Origin: Octopus sinensis
Taxonomy: Eukaryota
DNA length: 64,000 nt
Direction: 5' to 3'
NCBI RefSeq assembly: GCF_006345805.1
Contig: NC_043001.1
Coordinates: forward strand, 10,168,001-10,232,000
Of the stretch, positions 1-11,880 are shown piece after piece. Made by a program: the position numbers and the translations under genes. The notes under the pieces are model-generated. The model was given only the letters and a program-made list of their open reading frames with translations, made no database searches and was not told the DNA's origin. Position 1 is the stretch's first letter; each line of letters starts with the position of its first letter.

Positions 1-135
1 GTTTCAGTCATTTGACTGCGGCCATGCTGGAGCACTGCCTTTAGTCGAGCAACTCGACCCCAGGACTTATTTTATTTGTAAGCCCAGTACTTATTCTATC
101 GGTCTCTTTTTGCCGAACTGCTAAGTGACGGGGAC
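1..135 (-). mobile_element. SINE family A, 3' part, cut by the window edge
   Basis: Matches the 3' half of the full copies at 15842-16238, 36634-37035 and 45700-46080 (GACTGCGGCCATGCTGGAGCAC...GCCGAAC.GCTAAG). Confidence 0.9.
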
Positions 136-544
136 ATATCCTCCTGTGATAACTCATGGATGGTGATTCAGCAATTCCCCCTCACAGCTGCATGTACATC
201 TGCGATGTTTTTCTCAGTTCTGCTGGTTGCGGGTCTCCCAGAATGTTCGTCAATATCAACATTTTTTGGGGCATCTTGGAAACATCAGAACCGCTCATAC
301 ACTCCTCTGTAGCTTTGTGTAGGCCTCTGAGCATGACAAATTTCTCTGTCATGGTCAATGCAACAATCACATGCTACACACCTTCCTTCCGAGCATTGCT
401 GTAAACAGTGGAAATGAGTTAGAATGTTAAAACTTAGTGCGCATGCACAGCTGAGTTCAAGGTCAATTTTTGCCAACTGGCTTCACCCTGCAAGCTTTAG
501 AGTTGTTACTATGGCAACAGTCCAGATACTTATCGATTAGACCA

Positions 545-548
<4 letters not shown>
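136..548 (-). mobile_element. Mariner transposon relic: 5' end and N-terminal HTH region, decayed
   Basis: The minus strand translates to GRPATSRTEKNIADVHAAVRGNC*ITIHELSQE, the mariner GRP..SRT.ENI..V...I.EL motif. The element ends in TA at 547-548, next to a (TA)n tract. Confidence 0.8.
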
Positions 549-583
<35 letters not shown>

Positions 584-586
<3 letters not shown>

Positions 587-737
587 GGAGTAAACACATA
601 AATGTGAAACAAGGTGGAAAAAAGAGTACTCAAATACCAGTGGTAGAGTAATATGCTTTATTTAAAGCAGCAGAAAATTCAACAAAACCTGTTACTCTGA
701 GTTTCCCGTTGCCGTTCATCGGACAGTTTTTGCTAGA
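584..737 (-). mobile_element. Short non-autonomous Penelope-like or retrozyme-like insert carrying a hammerhead motif
   Basis: A non-SINE repeat-like block abutting (TA)n. It contains the hammerhead fold at 683-732, and its downstream flank resembles that of the 38924 motif. Confidence 0.55.
683..732 (-). ncRNA. Minimal type-I hammerhead ribozyme (variant core)
   Basis: The minus strand reads CAAAAA-CTGT-CCGATGA-ACG-GCAA-CGG-GAA-ACTCAGAGT-A^ACAG-GTTTTG. Stem I is CTGT/ACAG plus AAAA/TTTT, stem II has a GNRA loop, stem III is palindromic, and the triplet is GUA. Confidence 0.7.
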
Positions 738-871
738 ATCTAGCAAAAAGAGAAATGTATTGTTTAAAGTTTTTAAGTATGGATGACAAAAGAAGAGATG
801 GATGGGACAAATACAATTTTAAGTTCGTGTGAACAGAGAAGATTGCCATAGCAGAAGAGATGGGGGATATA

Positions 872-1100
872 TATTTCTTTACTACCCACAAGGGGCTAAA
901 CATAGAGGGAACAAACAAGGACAGACAAAGGGATTAAGTCGATTACATCGACCCCAGTACGCAACAGGTACTTTATTTATCGACCCCGAAAGATGAAAGG
1001 CAAAGTCGACCTCGGCGGAATATGAACTCAGAACGTAACGACAGACGAAATACCGCTAAGCGTTTCGCCCTGCGCGCTAACATTTCTGCCAGCTCACCGT
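872..1100 (-). mobile_element. SINE family B (GGCGGCGAGCTGGCAGAAACGTTAGC...GAAATAGG)
   Basis: Reverse complement of the copies at 11881, 14704, 43701 and 61021. Contains the central GTCGACTTTGCCTTTCATCCTTTCGGGGTCGAT block. Confidence 0.9.
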
Positions 1101-2276
1101 TTCTGCCAGGGTTTATAGCTTAGTGATGGAGCAAATAATCTGAGTGAGTAATTGTGTTTCTAACAGGTGGGAGAAGTTGATGGGTGGCAAGGTCCTGAAA
1201 ACGAGCTTGTGTGTTGTAGGAGATTTGTATTACATGAATAGTATTGTAGTGTAGATTAATCTGGCATATCGTATTTAATCAAATGATGTTGGAAGCAACA
1301 ACCCTTTTGGTTGCTTTTAAGATTGTTCTTCCTTTTTCTTGATGTAAGCAAATTTGACATCATAGACTGGATCATGAGAGATAGGTGTGGAGTATTGTAG
1401 ATAATTATGTAATTTATGTTTTTCATGAGCAACGAAAGTGTGATGTTTTGATATATTTTCGTTTTGATGTAAACATTTCTTTTATTAACCGACTCCGCAT
1501 CTGTGCATCTGTGCAAATGTTATATCACGTTAGTAGATTTCTGCATCTCCCATTACAGGATGCTTGCAAGGTCACTTTATATAGGAAATTAGCCTATCTA
1601 ACTACAAAGTGTTGAAGCTGTTTGTGGATGATATGTCTACAGTCAGATAGGCAAGAATGCACTCAAGGCAAATTTATCTGGAATATGGATTATATATGTT
1701 TTATATAAACTATACAAGTGAAAAAAAAACCTGAACTTGTTTTTTTGCTCAGCAGTTCTGGTTGAGAAGCATGATCATATGCCTGCTTTTTAGATGCAAA
1801 TAATATTTGCAAGTACATATAATCAGCTTGTTAGATAGTTTTTAATCAGCATTAATGCTTTCTACGCTGCTAAAAGATTGTAATTTGAAACTAAGACTTG
1901 GATTTGCATATGTTCTTTGGATTATTGAAAGATTATGAATCTATTTATTGAAAATATCATCATTATCATCATGCAGTTTATAGAAATAAAATTTGCTCTC
2001 TAACTTGATTGCAAATACTAAAGTAGTGCTACATTAAAGGTGACATGTTTTCTTGTATTATCACAAACGACTGCATCAATTTTCAATAAGTTTGTGTTAA
2101 ACCAATTAGTATATAGCGTAGAGTTATAGTTTGAGTGATCCTCCACCTGTGTCATATTAGAAGTAAATTTGATGGTTTTGTATAAATTCATATGTAAGTT
2201 ATGAAATTATATTAATCATTATTTTTGTTTATTTAGTGTATTTTGACTTAGTGACATTAACTTCCCCCATCTGCAG

Positions 2277-2307
2277 GTTGATTTCTCAGATATAAGATTA
2301 AAGATTT
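2277..2307 (+). CDS. Candidate short exon (VDFSDIRLKI), unidentified
   Basis: Acceptor cttcccccatctgcAG, donor GTaata, open frame. No homology recognised. Confidence 0.15.
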
Positions 2308-2365
2308 GTAATATATTCAGCTTTTTTTCTTCTTTTTCTTTTTCTTTTTTTTTTTTTTTTTGCAG

Positions 2366-2374
2366 GCAAAGCTG
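2366..2374 (+). CDS. Candidate 9-nt microexon GCAAAGCTG
   Basis: A pyrimidine tract of about 40 nt, then TGCAG, 9 nt, and donor CTG|GTAAAT. Confidence 0.25.
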
Positions 2375-3354
2375 GTAAATGATTCCTCAAGGTTATTCAG
2401 CAATAAAACCTTTTAACATAATTTATGTCTATGCAATATTATTTATAATGCATCTCCAGCTTGTGCATGGAATATAAAGATTAAAGAGAAATAAAATGAG
2501 GAATGAAAAAAAATATATATATATATACATATATATGCTAATATTTTATTTGAAAGAGCTGGTAATATTTTTAAAAGATTCTAACACTGGCATAGTGATT
2601 GTTAAATTTTCAAATTACTCAGAATGTTTGCACACTGCCCTGATTAAATAAGAGAAAGAGAGAGAAAAAAATTCCTCAAGAAAGCAGATTTCATTTACAT
2701 TTACTAATCTAAATAATGTAGAAAGTATTATGCCCACCACAAGACATTTTTAACCAACTTGTGCAATGCTGAAATATTGTATTGATTCTTCAAACTTGTA
2801 GTTATATTCGGCAAGGCAATGAAACACTTTGGATATATTGAAAATCATATTAAGTACCATTAGTTCAGATATAACAAATTCCCATATACCTTTCATTAAA
2901 GAAAGAATTTTTATTCTATTCTTCTTTGAAATTATCAAGCATTTAATGTTTTACACTGCATTTTTGGCCAAAAATACTTCTGTTTTCCATCTAAATTATG
3001 AAAACAAGAATTATCACATATATTGTCTAGTTTTCTTTTGTTTGCTTTTATTGATTGCCGATGTACAATATGTAGTTCAATATTCTCTGTTTAAAACATT
3101 CTCTCTTAGCTAGATAACATTGAAATCAGTTTAGAATTTTCAACCTATACTTGTTTCACAATTGACTTATAGTTAAAATAACTATTGATTTTTATATCTA
3201 AGATATAATACTATTTTAAAAGTTAATTAGCCTATCAATGTATACTGTATTGCTAATGCATCTCTAGTCTCATTCATATTCAAATACATTTTTGTTGTGT
3301 TACGTTACACAATCAAATATATAAAGACATTTGATGCATGTCTGGACTCTGTCT

Positions 3355-3417
3355 GTATATATATATATATTCTGTATGTGTATATATATATATATGTATA
3401 TATATGTATATTCTCTT

Positions 3418-3494
<77 letters not shown>

Positions 3495-3495
3495 A
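3355..3495. repeat. (TA)n/(TG)n compound microsatellite
   Basis: Seen directly. It explains the YI/VC-rich ORFs at 3297-3606. Confidence 0.97.
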
Positions 3496-4233
3496 TTTAG
3501 GGCTAAAACAACTAGGTGGATAACCATATGCTAGAAGAAGATCACATATGATCTTACAACAAAGAAAGAATGTTCTCCAGAGAAAATTTATCGAACACCA
3601 AAACATAGGCAGGCAAGACAGATGAAAATTATATAAAAATCAAGAATATGGTTATCCACTTTGTGGTTTTAGCTCTAAATATATACACGTATTGAAATTT
3701 TTTCTGATTTTTCAGATTTTTAATATGCTGTGCTACTGGTTTTAAATTGATATTAATTAAATTAATATTCAATTTATCTCCCTCATGGCATGCAGCCCTG
3801 TGTGGCTAATAAGGAAACATATATCTATACACACACACACACAAAACATTAATTCTGTATTGTCTGATGTACCAGTTTACTTTACTCTGTGCATATATGT
3901 GTGTGCATATATACGCTTTTACATTTGGTATCACTGTTTACATTTTCTCTCTTGCTATGGCTTAAATCATTCCAAAATATCGTAGATTAGCTGGTGCTGA
4001 GGACAACCTAATTTTAGTCAACAAAAAGTAACTAATATTGTAATGCATGCAGAACAGTTAAACAGAACTACAGAACTACAAATATTTTTGCTTTGTTAAT
4101 TAAAATAAATTTAGTATGGTGACATATTTTGTAACGATAAAAAAATTTTTTTTTTTAATTCTTCTGAGATGTTTTCAAACAGTTTTATAATTCTTGAGAC
4201 ATTTCAACTGAAAATATCTCTTGTAATCTTTAG

Positions 4234-4304
4234 TGTTTTGTGCCTGTGTGAGACAAGGTCACAATAATTTAACAAACCCTTTTTCCAACCTACAAGAGCA
4301 ACAG
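4234..4304 (+). CDS. Candidate exon (VFCACVRQGHNNLTNPFSNLQEQQ, phase 1 to 0), unidentified
   Basis: Acceptor ttgtaatctttAG, strong donor CAG|GTAACC, one open frame. Confidence 0.2.
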
Positions 4305-4530
4305 GTAACCATCAGGGTGTAACAGTACAGGTTGGCAGAGCTGATGCATGCATATAACAAATGTAGACATTCACCTTGTAGTATATAACTTATGAATTCC
4401 TGTTCTTGACCCCAAATTCTAGTAAACATTTTATGGAATGTATTGGACATTCAAACACGACTGATGTTTGATTCTGGCTGAATTCTGATCAAGCAGCCCT
4501 ATGATCAAAAACATAATCAAACCATTCTTT

Positions 4531-4915
4531 TATTCTTTTACTTGTTTCAGTCATTTAACTGTGGCCATGGTGGAGCACCATCTTTAGTCAAGCAAATCGA
4601 CCCCGGGACTTATTCTTTGTAAGCCTAGTACTTATTCTATCAGTCCCTTTTGCTAAGTTATGGGGATGGAAACACAGCAGCATCGGTTGTCAAGCAATGT
4701 TGGGGTAACAAACACAGACACAAACATATACACACACATACATATATACAACGGGCTTCTTTCAGTTTCCATCTACCAAATCCTCTCACCAAATCCTCTA
4801 CTATAGCACAAGGCTATAGTAGAAGACACTTGCTCAAGGTACCATGCGGTGGGACTGAACCCGGAACCATGTGGTTCATAAGCAAGCTACTTACCACACA
4901 GCCACTCCTACGCCT
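4531..4915 (-). mobile_element. SINE family A, full length
   Basis: tRNA-like head CAGGAGTGGCTGTGTGGTAAG...GGTTCAGTCCC, CORE-like ACCTTGGGCAAGTG, middle (TA/TG)n, and a TAAAAGA-type tail. Confidence 0.9.
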
Positions 4916-5118
4916 ATTGTTAATGATTTTGACTATTACATCTACTTTGTGGTATTTAGGAGTATGTTATCTAATATATCCTCATTGAAACTAGTAGGGT
5001 GTGTGATTTGAGGTAATTTTTGAATTTCTAACAGAATTACTTACTACATTGTGGTTATCTTTCGTTTACTCAAGTTGAAGGAATATTGTGGATGGGATTT
5101 GCATGTTTTCCTTTTCAG

Positions 5119-5157
5119 GTTAAAAATGTCAAATTTGTGCTTCCTCTCAGCTATCAA
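5119..5157 (+). CDS. Candidate 39-nt exon (VKNVKFVLPLSYQ), unidentified
   Basis: Acceptor gcatgttttccttttcAG, donor CAA|GTATGA, symmetric phase, no stop. Confidence 0.3.
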
Positions 5158-6094
5158 GTATGATTTTCTGCTTATATATACATACAGAGATTGAATATTA
5201 GTGCATTTAATTATCAATTTCTGTAATAAATTACAGTTCATCACTGGTGTTTCATTGTGGTTCTAGTCACAACACTGCTATGTTATTCTGTTTAACCTAA
5301 CTGTCTGGAATAGATACGAGAAAGTAGGCATTGATAAATATGTTTGATTATGAAAGATCAAGTAATTGTTATTTATTACCTAGGTTGTGGACTAAATAAT
5401 ACATCTATTCCCTCTGTACACTCATACATATGCATAAACACACACATTTCAATAGAGGAAGAAAAAGAGAAATTAGATTTTTAAAAATGTATCTCTTATG
5501 AATATTTCAAGGTTTCACCATTAACCATGAGTAGAATCCCTTATTTCTCTATAGCTGTTAACATCCTGCCGCTGAATCAAATTTGTCTACTCCATTTCCT
5601 TTCAAAGGAATACTGTTCACATTTTTTCTATTGCTTTATATAAATTAGGTTGGTAAGATAATATACTTTAAAACTCTCAAGAGTATCATGTGTATGTATC
5701 ATAAATATTGTAGATATAATCTCTGAAAGGATTTCCCCATATACTCATAAACAGAATTTAAGAATTTACGTTTAAATTTAATGAGCACATCTCTTCCCAG
5801 CTTTTGATTACAATTTAGAGAAGTTTGTTTACTTCTACAAAGGATATTAACATTAATTAATTCCTTTGTCTCAAAAGATAACATGCAAACTAGAATCTGA
5901 AATTCTAAGCTGTATTGTATCAACTTTGCATTTGATTTTGTAGGTATTGCGTAGCTATTAATATGGAAATACCTCCGTCTATCTGCTTGAAATTCATAGA
6001 TTTTCTTACAGTCTTGGAAATGGACAGTGCTTTTGGCCTAAAGAGAAACAACTTAGTTTTAAACTTGAAAGTTTATAATGTGAAGTATTGCTAA

Positions 6095-6445
6095 TTGGTT
6101 AGTAAGTTTGTTTCACAATCACTTGATTTGTGGGTACAGCCCCTCTGCATAGACAAGTGTCTTCTACAGTAACCCCGGACTAAACAATGCCCTGTGGTGG
6201 ATTTGTTTGGCAGAAATTGTGTACATGTTGGTTGTTTATGCTGTTTGTGTGTTTATCTTTTGTGTTTATCTCCCACTGTTTGATAACCAGTACTGGTTTG
6301 TTTACGTTCCTATAACTTAACAGTTTTGCCAAACATAACTGAATAAAATAAGTACTGGTCTGTGGTCAAATTCTTTCAACTAACGTCTTCAATGCAGTGC
6401 CTCAGCCTGGTCACAGGCTGATGATTGAAATACGAGAAAAGAAAA
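6095..6445 (+). mobile_element. SINE family A, old and degraded
   Basis: Residual ACAAGTGTCTTCTAC, GTGGATTTG and tail motifs. Confidence 0.6.
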
Positions 6446-7011
6446 ATGAAAGAGAATAATGGTTGACCCTGCTCATTACTGATTTTATATGATATTATTA
6501 TGAAAATAAATCCACTTCCTTTTGTTTAGAATTTGTTTTATTGAAATATCCTAACTCTTTTCATTTGCAATTTCATTTTCATAGAAATCGTCGAAAGGAA
6601 ATAATTGTTTTTGTTCTATAATTCCCACATTGCAACTGGAAAAGCAACACAGTATATTCTTGTGATGAATGTAATGTGTGTTCAATACCTTTCATATTTA
6701 TTATCTTTTGTTGGGAGTTAAATCTTTACCAGAATTATTTGTAAAAGAATATTTATAAGCTGTTACAACAGGGACAAAATCGTTTGCAGGACCTGTATTA
6801 CTGGGATTCTATGACTTCTATAATTGATAGGATCTTAATTATATAATTATTGATTATATGTTTTCGATATCAACCTGCTCATATAATCTGGTTCTATGAT
6901 ACAATATGCTCATATTTCAATTCAAGCCTTCCATCCATAGTTTGATATAATAATTTCTGGTTTGGTTTAACATACCAGCTTATCCTTCTAAATTCTTGAT
7001 TATTTTCAAAC

Positions 7012-7226
7012 TTGACCCTTTCGTTACCAACCTGGCTGAAACCAGCTCTGGATCTGAGTACAAATGTCTTGTTTTCATAAGGTTTGAATTAAAATCTTCC
7101 ACCAAACCTTAGTCACAATTTATGTTCCTAACACTAGCTGAATGATAACTAAGTTATTTTCATAATCTAAAATAATTGAAAGAAACACAGAGTATCTCAA
7201 AATAAATACAGTAATGAAAGGGTTAA
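7012..7226. mobile_element. piggyBac-type MITE
   Basis: Ends TTGA-CCCTTT...AAAGGG-TTAA. Same body as the copies at 20817 and 26218. Confidence 0.85.
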
Positions 7227-8413
7227 GAAAAACACGTATGCATAAGCAAAACATAGTGTGTGTTTCTGTTGTAGTGTGTTGACAAAATGGTTAAATGTGA
7301 ACTGGAACAAAATATTTTCTAGCAGCCAAACTACATGTTTTCCTACTGTCTTGTCCACTGAGCCTCAAATGTAGCTGTAGGGGATTCATTGTAGCATATA
7401 TTTTCCATTTATAGACCTGGTGGTGCCCATCCCCCTCCATACCTGACCATAGTCAATTTCTTCCAGAATGGGTGACAGAGAAACAAAGGAAGAATCAATC
7501 TCAATAGAGGATTGGTACTTTATGAAAAGCAATATACTCTGCTAGACAAGTACTGTGCAATGAAGTTGACAGTCTACATTTCACTTGTACATTCCAAGTT
7601 TGGACATAGTTTTGGTGATTAAGCGACCTTCACTTACAAAGTAGATTCGCTGCATTATATCTCCTGTTATCTCCTGACACACAGCGGGATGCAGCGTCTC
7701 CTCTATCCAATGCATTACCCCAGCTAATTTGCTACCTCATTTTTCCTCATATAACATTATGAATAACTATAGTTTTAATAGCCACCTTTATGTTTTTAGA
7801 TATGATTTAAGATTTTTTATAATTTCTTATAATTTGCATTTTTACTTGTTCCATTTACTTTAAATCATAAACTTGAAGAATTAATAAAGAAATGTATATA
7901 AAAATATTGAAATATTCCTCTTTGTAGGATCCATAATATAACATTATTTTAGGGTAACATCTGAAGGGCATTCACTAGAATTCCATCTATTTCATAGCTG
8001 GGGTCCTTAATTGTATACACCTTAATTGTATAAAAGATATCATCATCATTTAACATCCATTTTCCATGCTGGCATGGGGTGGATGGTCTGACAGGCTGGC
8101 TAGGCAGAAGACTATTTTGGCAGAGTTTATTTTACGGCTGGATGCCCCTTTCTAACAGGAACCACCTTACAGAATGAACTGAATATTTTTTACATGGTGC
8201 CAGTATATTATGTTAAGTAATTTGTGATAGGAAGGACATCTAGCTATATAAACCACACAAAAAATGAACTGTATGACCAAGACATTGCAAGCCATTTGTT
8301 TAAGGGAGTGGTAACTTTAAATTTTAACAGTGGATAGAGGGCACCTTGTAGTCCTTGCTGTATATCACAACCTCTCTATTGTCAGTTGGTAAAATGCAGC
8401 CAGTATACCGTCA

Positions 8414-8640
8414 TGATGATGATCATCGTTTTTTAGCATCCGTTTTCCATTCTGGCATGGGTTCGATGGTTTGACTGAGGTCTAGAGGGGCAGTGGCTGC
8501 ACCAGGCTCCAATCTGATCTGGCAATGTTTCTACAGCTGGATGCCCTTCCTAACACCAGCCACTCCAAGAGTGTAGTAGGGGCTTTTTACGTGCCACCAA
8601 CACAAGAGCCAGTCAGGTGGGCCTGGCATCGATCACATGA
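8414..8640 (-). mobile_element. SINE family C, (GAT)n-tailed (a further decayed piece at 8040-8205)
   Basis: Reverse complement of GGAAGGGCATCCAGCTGTAGAAAC...CCATGCTAGCATGGAAAACGGACGTTAAA(CGAT)(GAT)n. Confidence 0.85.
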
Positions 8641-9228
8641 AGTGTAAAGTGAAAGTCACTTAGACACTGAAGCCATGTCCAAACATGAAATGTATGAGAG
8701 AAATGTAAACTGTCAGCTTCATTGCACAGTACTTGTCTAGCAGAGTGTTAACTTTGAATTAGAAATTGCATGGGGCAACTTATTTTTAGAACCAGTGACA
8801 CAATATACAGTAAATTCACACATTTACAAAACTGCTTGATTTTTCTTTGTTGTTTATGTGTGTGAACAATGCAGAGGGCGATGTGTGACAAACTATGGCT
8901 GTGTGGAAAAAAGAAAATGAATATAAATTTATGCTGATATTGGAAAGTCTACAGAATAGCACAGCCTTGCTCTTTAACTTAAATATAGCAGAAAGTTATA
9001 AGTTGATTGAAGAAGTGTGTGTGTGAGGTGGGTGGATTGATATTTTAGTAGATATTCAAGTATGAAATCTTTTATGTCAATATTGAAAAGTATATCCCAT
9101 CAAAAATGCTAATAAGTAATGATAGATTATAATTCTTCATTCGATTAGTATTTTGATCTATGGTTGTCGTTTGTGTTATTAGTTGTGAGTAGGAAGATCA
9201 GTAAAGTTATGGAGAAAATACCTTACAG

Positions 9229-9318
9229 TATTTCACTTTGCATTCTCTGATTAAATCTCACCCGGGTCATCTTCTTTCCATCGACAAAGTTGAGAAGATA
9301 ATGTCTACTAGTCTAGAA
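9229..9318 (+). CDS. Candidate 90-nt exon (YFTLHSLIKSHPGHLLSIDKVEKIMSTSLE), unidentified
   Basis: Weak acceptor accttacAG, strong donor GAA|GTAAGG, phase 0-0, open. Confidence 0.2.
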
Positions 9319-9894
9319 GTAAGGTCGATGTTGTCTATTAATCTCTTTCCACAAGTTTCTTTCTTTGTGTTTATGTCAGAAATGGTTATTATTTTACCAT
9401 TTGCATTGGACAGACTAGTTTACTCGGTGACACTGTGGTTTGTAGTCGTCCAAAAGTCAAACTTGTCTTTCATCCTTTTAAGGTCAGTAAAATGAAACAC
9501 CAGTCAAGTGATGGACTCGTTTCCCTTTTGCTTAAATCAGAAATATGAAAGGTGATCCACAGGCTGGAAAAAAAAAAGAATGCTTTGTAGCATTTCTTCT
9601 CTGTTCTCTATAGTCTGAGTTTAAATCTTGCCAAGACCGATTCTTCTTTCCTTTCTTTCAGAACGGATAATATAAATTAAAAATCCAAGTACTGGGTGAT
9701 GGTATCGACTAATGCTCACTACTCACACTTGTTGACCTTGTCTCTAAACTAAAAACCAATATTATTCATGGTATGCATGTATTGCATTCAAAATCAATGT
9801 CCTTGATACTAAGTCACAACTAGTTTCCTTAGATGTTAAAGAGCTTTCTTACAATCCTTGCTGTTCCCACCACAGCAGATTAATAATGGTTTCA

Positions 9895-10100
9895 AATTTT
9901 GCAACAAGGGCAGCCATTTTAGTGGTGGGGATGAGTTGATTACATCAACCCCAATGTTAAACTGGTACTTATTTTATCGACCCCGAAAGGATGAAAGGCA
10001 AAGTCAAACTCAGTGGAATTTGAGCTCAGATTGGAGTGACAAGTGAAATACCACTAAGAATTTCATCCAGCATACCAATAATTCTGCCAGCTTGCAATTC
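9895..10100 (-). mobile_element. SINE family B, degraded
   Basis: CGACCCCGAAAGGATGAAAGGCAAAGTC block. Confidence 0.8.
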
Positions 10101-10149
10101 TTATGGTTACACCAATCTCAGTAAGGAAACTGCCAGGTCAGTTGGTGAT

Positions 10150-10720
10150 GGTACTAGGGCACCTATAACACTGGGATTACTTTATTGAAACTTTCCATTG
10201 TCTTCACATTAATATCCACTGATATAGTCTCATCTATGATGAGGCACTCATCTTTTTCTCCTTGACCAGAATGATAATACCTGGTCACCTTGCTTAAGTT
10301 TGTGATCAGTCTGTGTACTAAAATCCCATCAGACCTTAAACTGATCATTCTCTCTCACACTCTCTGGTTGATGTTGGTACCACTTTCTTCTTACTTCAAA
10401 TGCTCTTTTCTGTAATATATCCCAGTAATATATCCCTTGACTATAGATTCATGCCTGCCTTTATATTCCTTCTCATTATTCACTCAGCACTTTGCAGTTG
10501 TACCTGTTTTTCTCTTAATGACATTTGTCAGCAATGACTAGTTAGAGCACCCATTAAGAGTCCCTATTCTTCAGCCACAATCAGGACCCATCTGTGCTGT
10601 GACATCCTGCATTTGTCTGTGAAGCTGGCCATACAGCCCTTTTCCCCAAATGTTTCTTTCTTGCTCCTGTTTTCTCCTTTTCTCCTGTTCCAATACAGTC
10701 ACCACAACTTCTTTCTTCTC
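10150..10720 (-). mobile_element. Non-LTR retrotransposon relic with a C-terminal restriction-like endonuclease (R4/Dong/Rex6-like)
   Basis: Minus-strand pieces occur in the expected order: KGLYGQLHRQ, KEYKGRHE, WYQHQPESVRENDQFKV*WDFSTQTDHKL, KDECLIIDETISVDINVK. They match the HGQY..., EYK.RHD, WY.H.P..V.EN...KILWDF.I.TD and C.IID.AVP.D.N motifs. Confidence 0.75.
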
Positions 10721-10774
10721 TCCTCTGGCAATTGAAATCAGTTTTTGTTATGTCTTACATTATTATTATCATTA

Positions 10775-10960
10775 CGTGCGGGTGGCACGTAAAAAGCACC
10801 CACTACACTCACGGAGTGGTTGGCGTTAGGAAGGGCATCCAGCCGTAGAAACACTGCCAGATTTGACTGGGCCTGATGAAGCCTTCTGGCTTCACAGACT
10901 CCAGTAGAACCGTCCAACCCATGCTAGCATGGAAAACGGACGCTAAACGATGATGATGAT
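10775..10960 (+). mobile_element. SINE family C
   Basis: GTGGCACGTAAAAAGCACCCACTACAC...GGAAGGGCATCCAGC...(GAT)n tail. Confidence 0.9.
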
Positions 10961-11880
10961 GATGATGATTATTATCATTATTACTATCATTATTATTATT
11001 ATTACTATTATTATTTTTCCTTCTTTCTTCAAATTTTCTTCCGTTTCTTGCCGAGTGTTTTCCGTACACCTAGGACAGAGAAGCTCATATTATTATCATC
11101 ATCATCATCATTATTATTATTATTATTATTATTATGTGCAATTTGCCTTGGAGAGACTTGTTTAGAATGCAATTTAGAAATTTTTTTCCCTAAAGTGCAT
11201 GATTTATGAGGAAGGACTTCTTACTTTGTTTTTTGGGACATTTGGCTGTCCATCCCATTACCCCAGGGCTGAAGAAATAGAAAATTTGTTGAAGCATTAT
11301 TTTGAACCATGTAAAACTTTTTCTATGGCAGCCACTAGTATTGTTTTCCATGATTTAAAGTAATCTCAAAAGTTGCAGGGGGGGGGGATTAAATCAAAAG
11401 TTGCAGCAGTAGCCTCGGCAGCATAAACAACAACTCCTCCAATATTTTCAAAAATGAAAACAGACTTTGAAATCGATTGCAAAAGTAAAAAAAAAAAAGA
11501 AGAAATTTAAAAAAAATATACAACATACAATTAAACACAGACATTTTCAAGTACAACACTTATATTTGAACAATAGATAAACACAAGCAAGAAAATGTTG
11601 GAAATCTAAATTTGAATGGCAGGGAACAAAAGAAACGGTGTGAAGAACAGCAGCACCATTTTATCTTTTGCTAATACTGTTGCTAATATAGAACTTTTAC
11701 CTAGAGAAGATATGGACGAGCTGTATCATGAAAGTGTCTTCTTGTTCGGCGTATTTATAGAAGGCAGGACAAGGAGGGAAATACTGTATTTGTGTTAGAA
11801 ACAATACAATACTAATTATAATTATACATTTGTAAGATAACATTAGCTTACTTTCCTTGATGGTGGATATCTATTCTTAA

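Noticed and set aside
3297-3606. Overlapping 67-97 aa ORFs; the same applies at 39084-39651, 46854-47571 and 54546-54964
   Set aside because: They are stop-free readings of (TA)/(TG)/(CA) microsatellites, not genes.
4985-5000. GAAACTAGTA with palindromic ACTAGT
   Set aside because: There is no upstream CUGANGA core or stem II.
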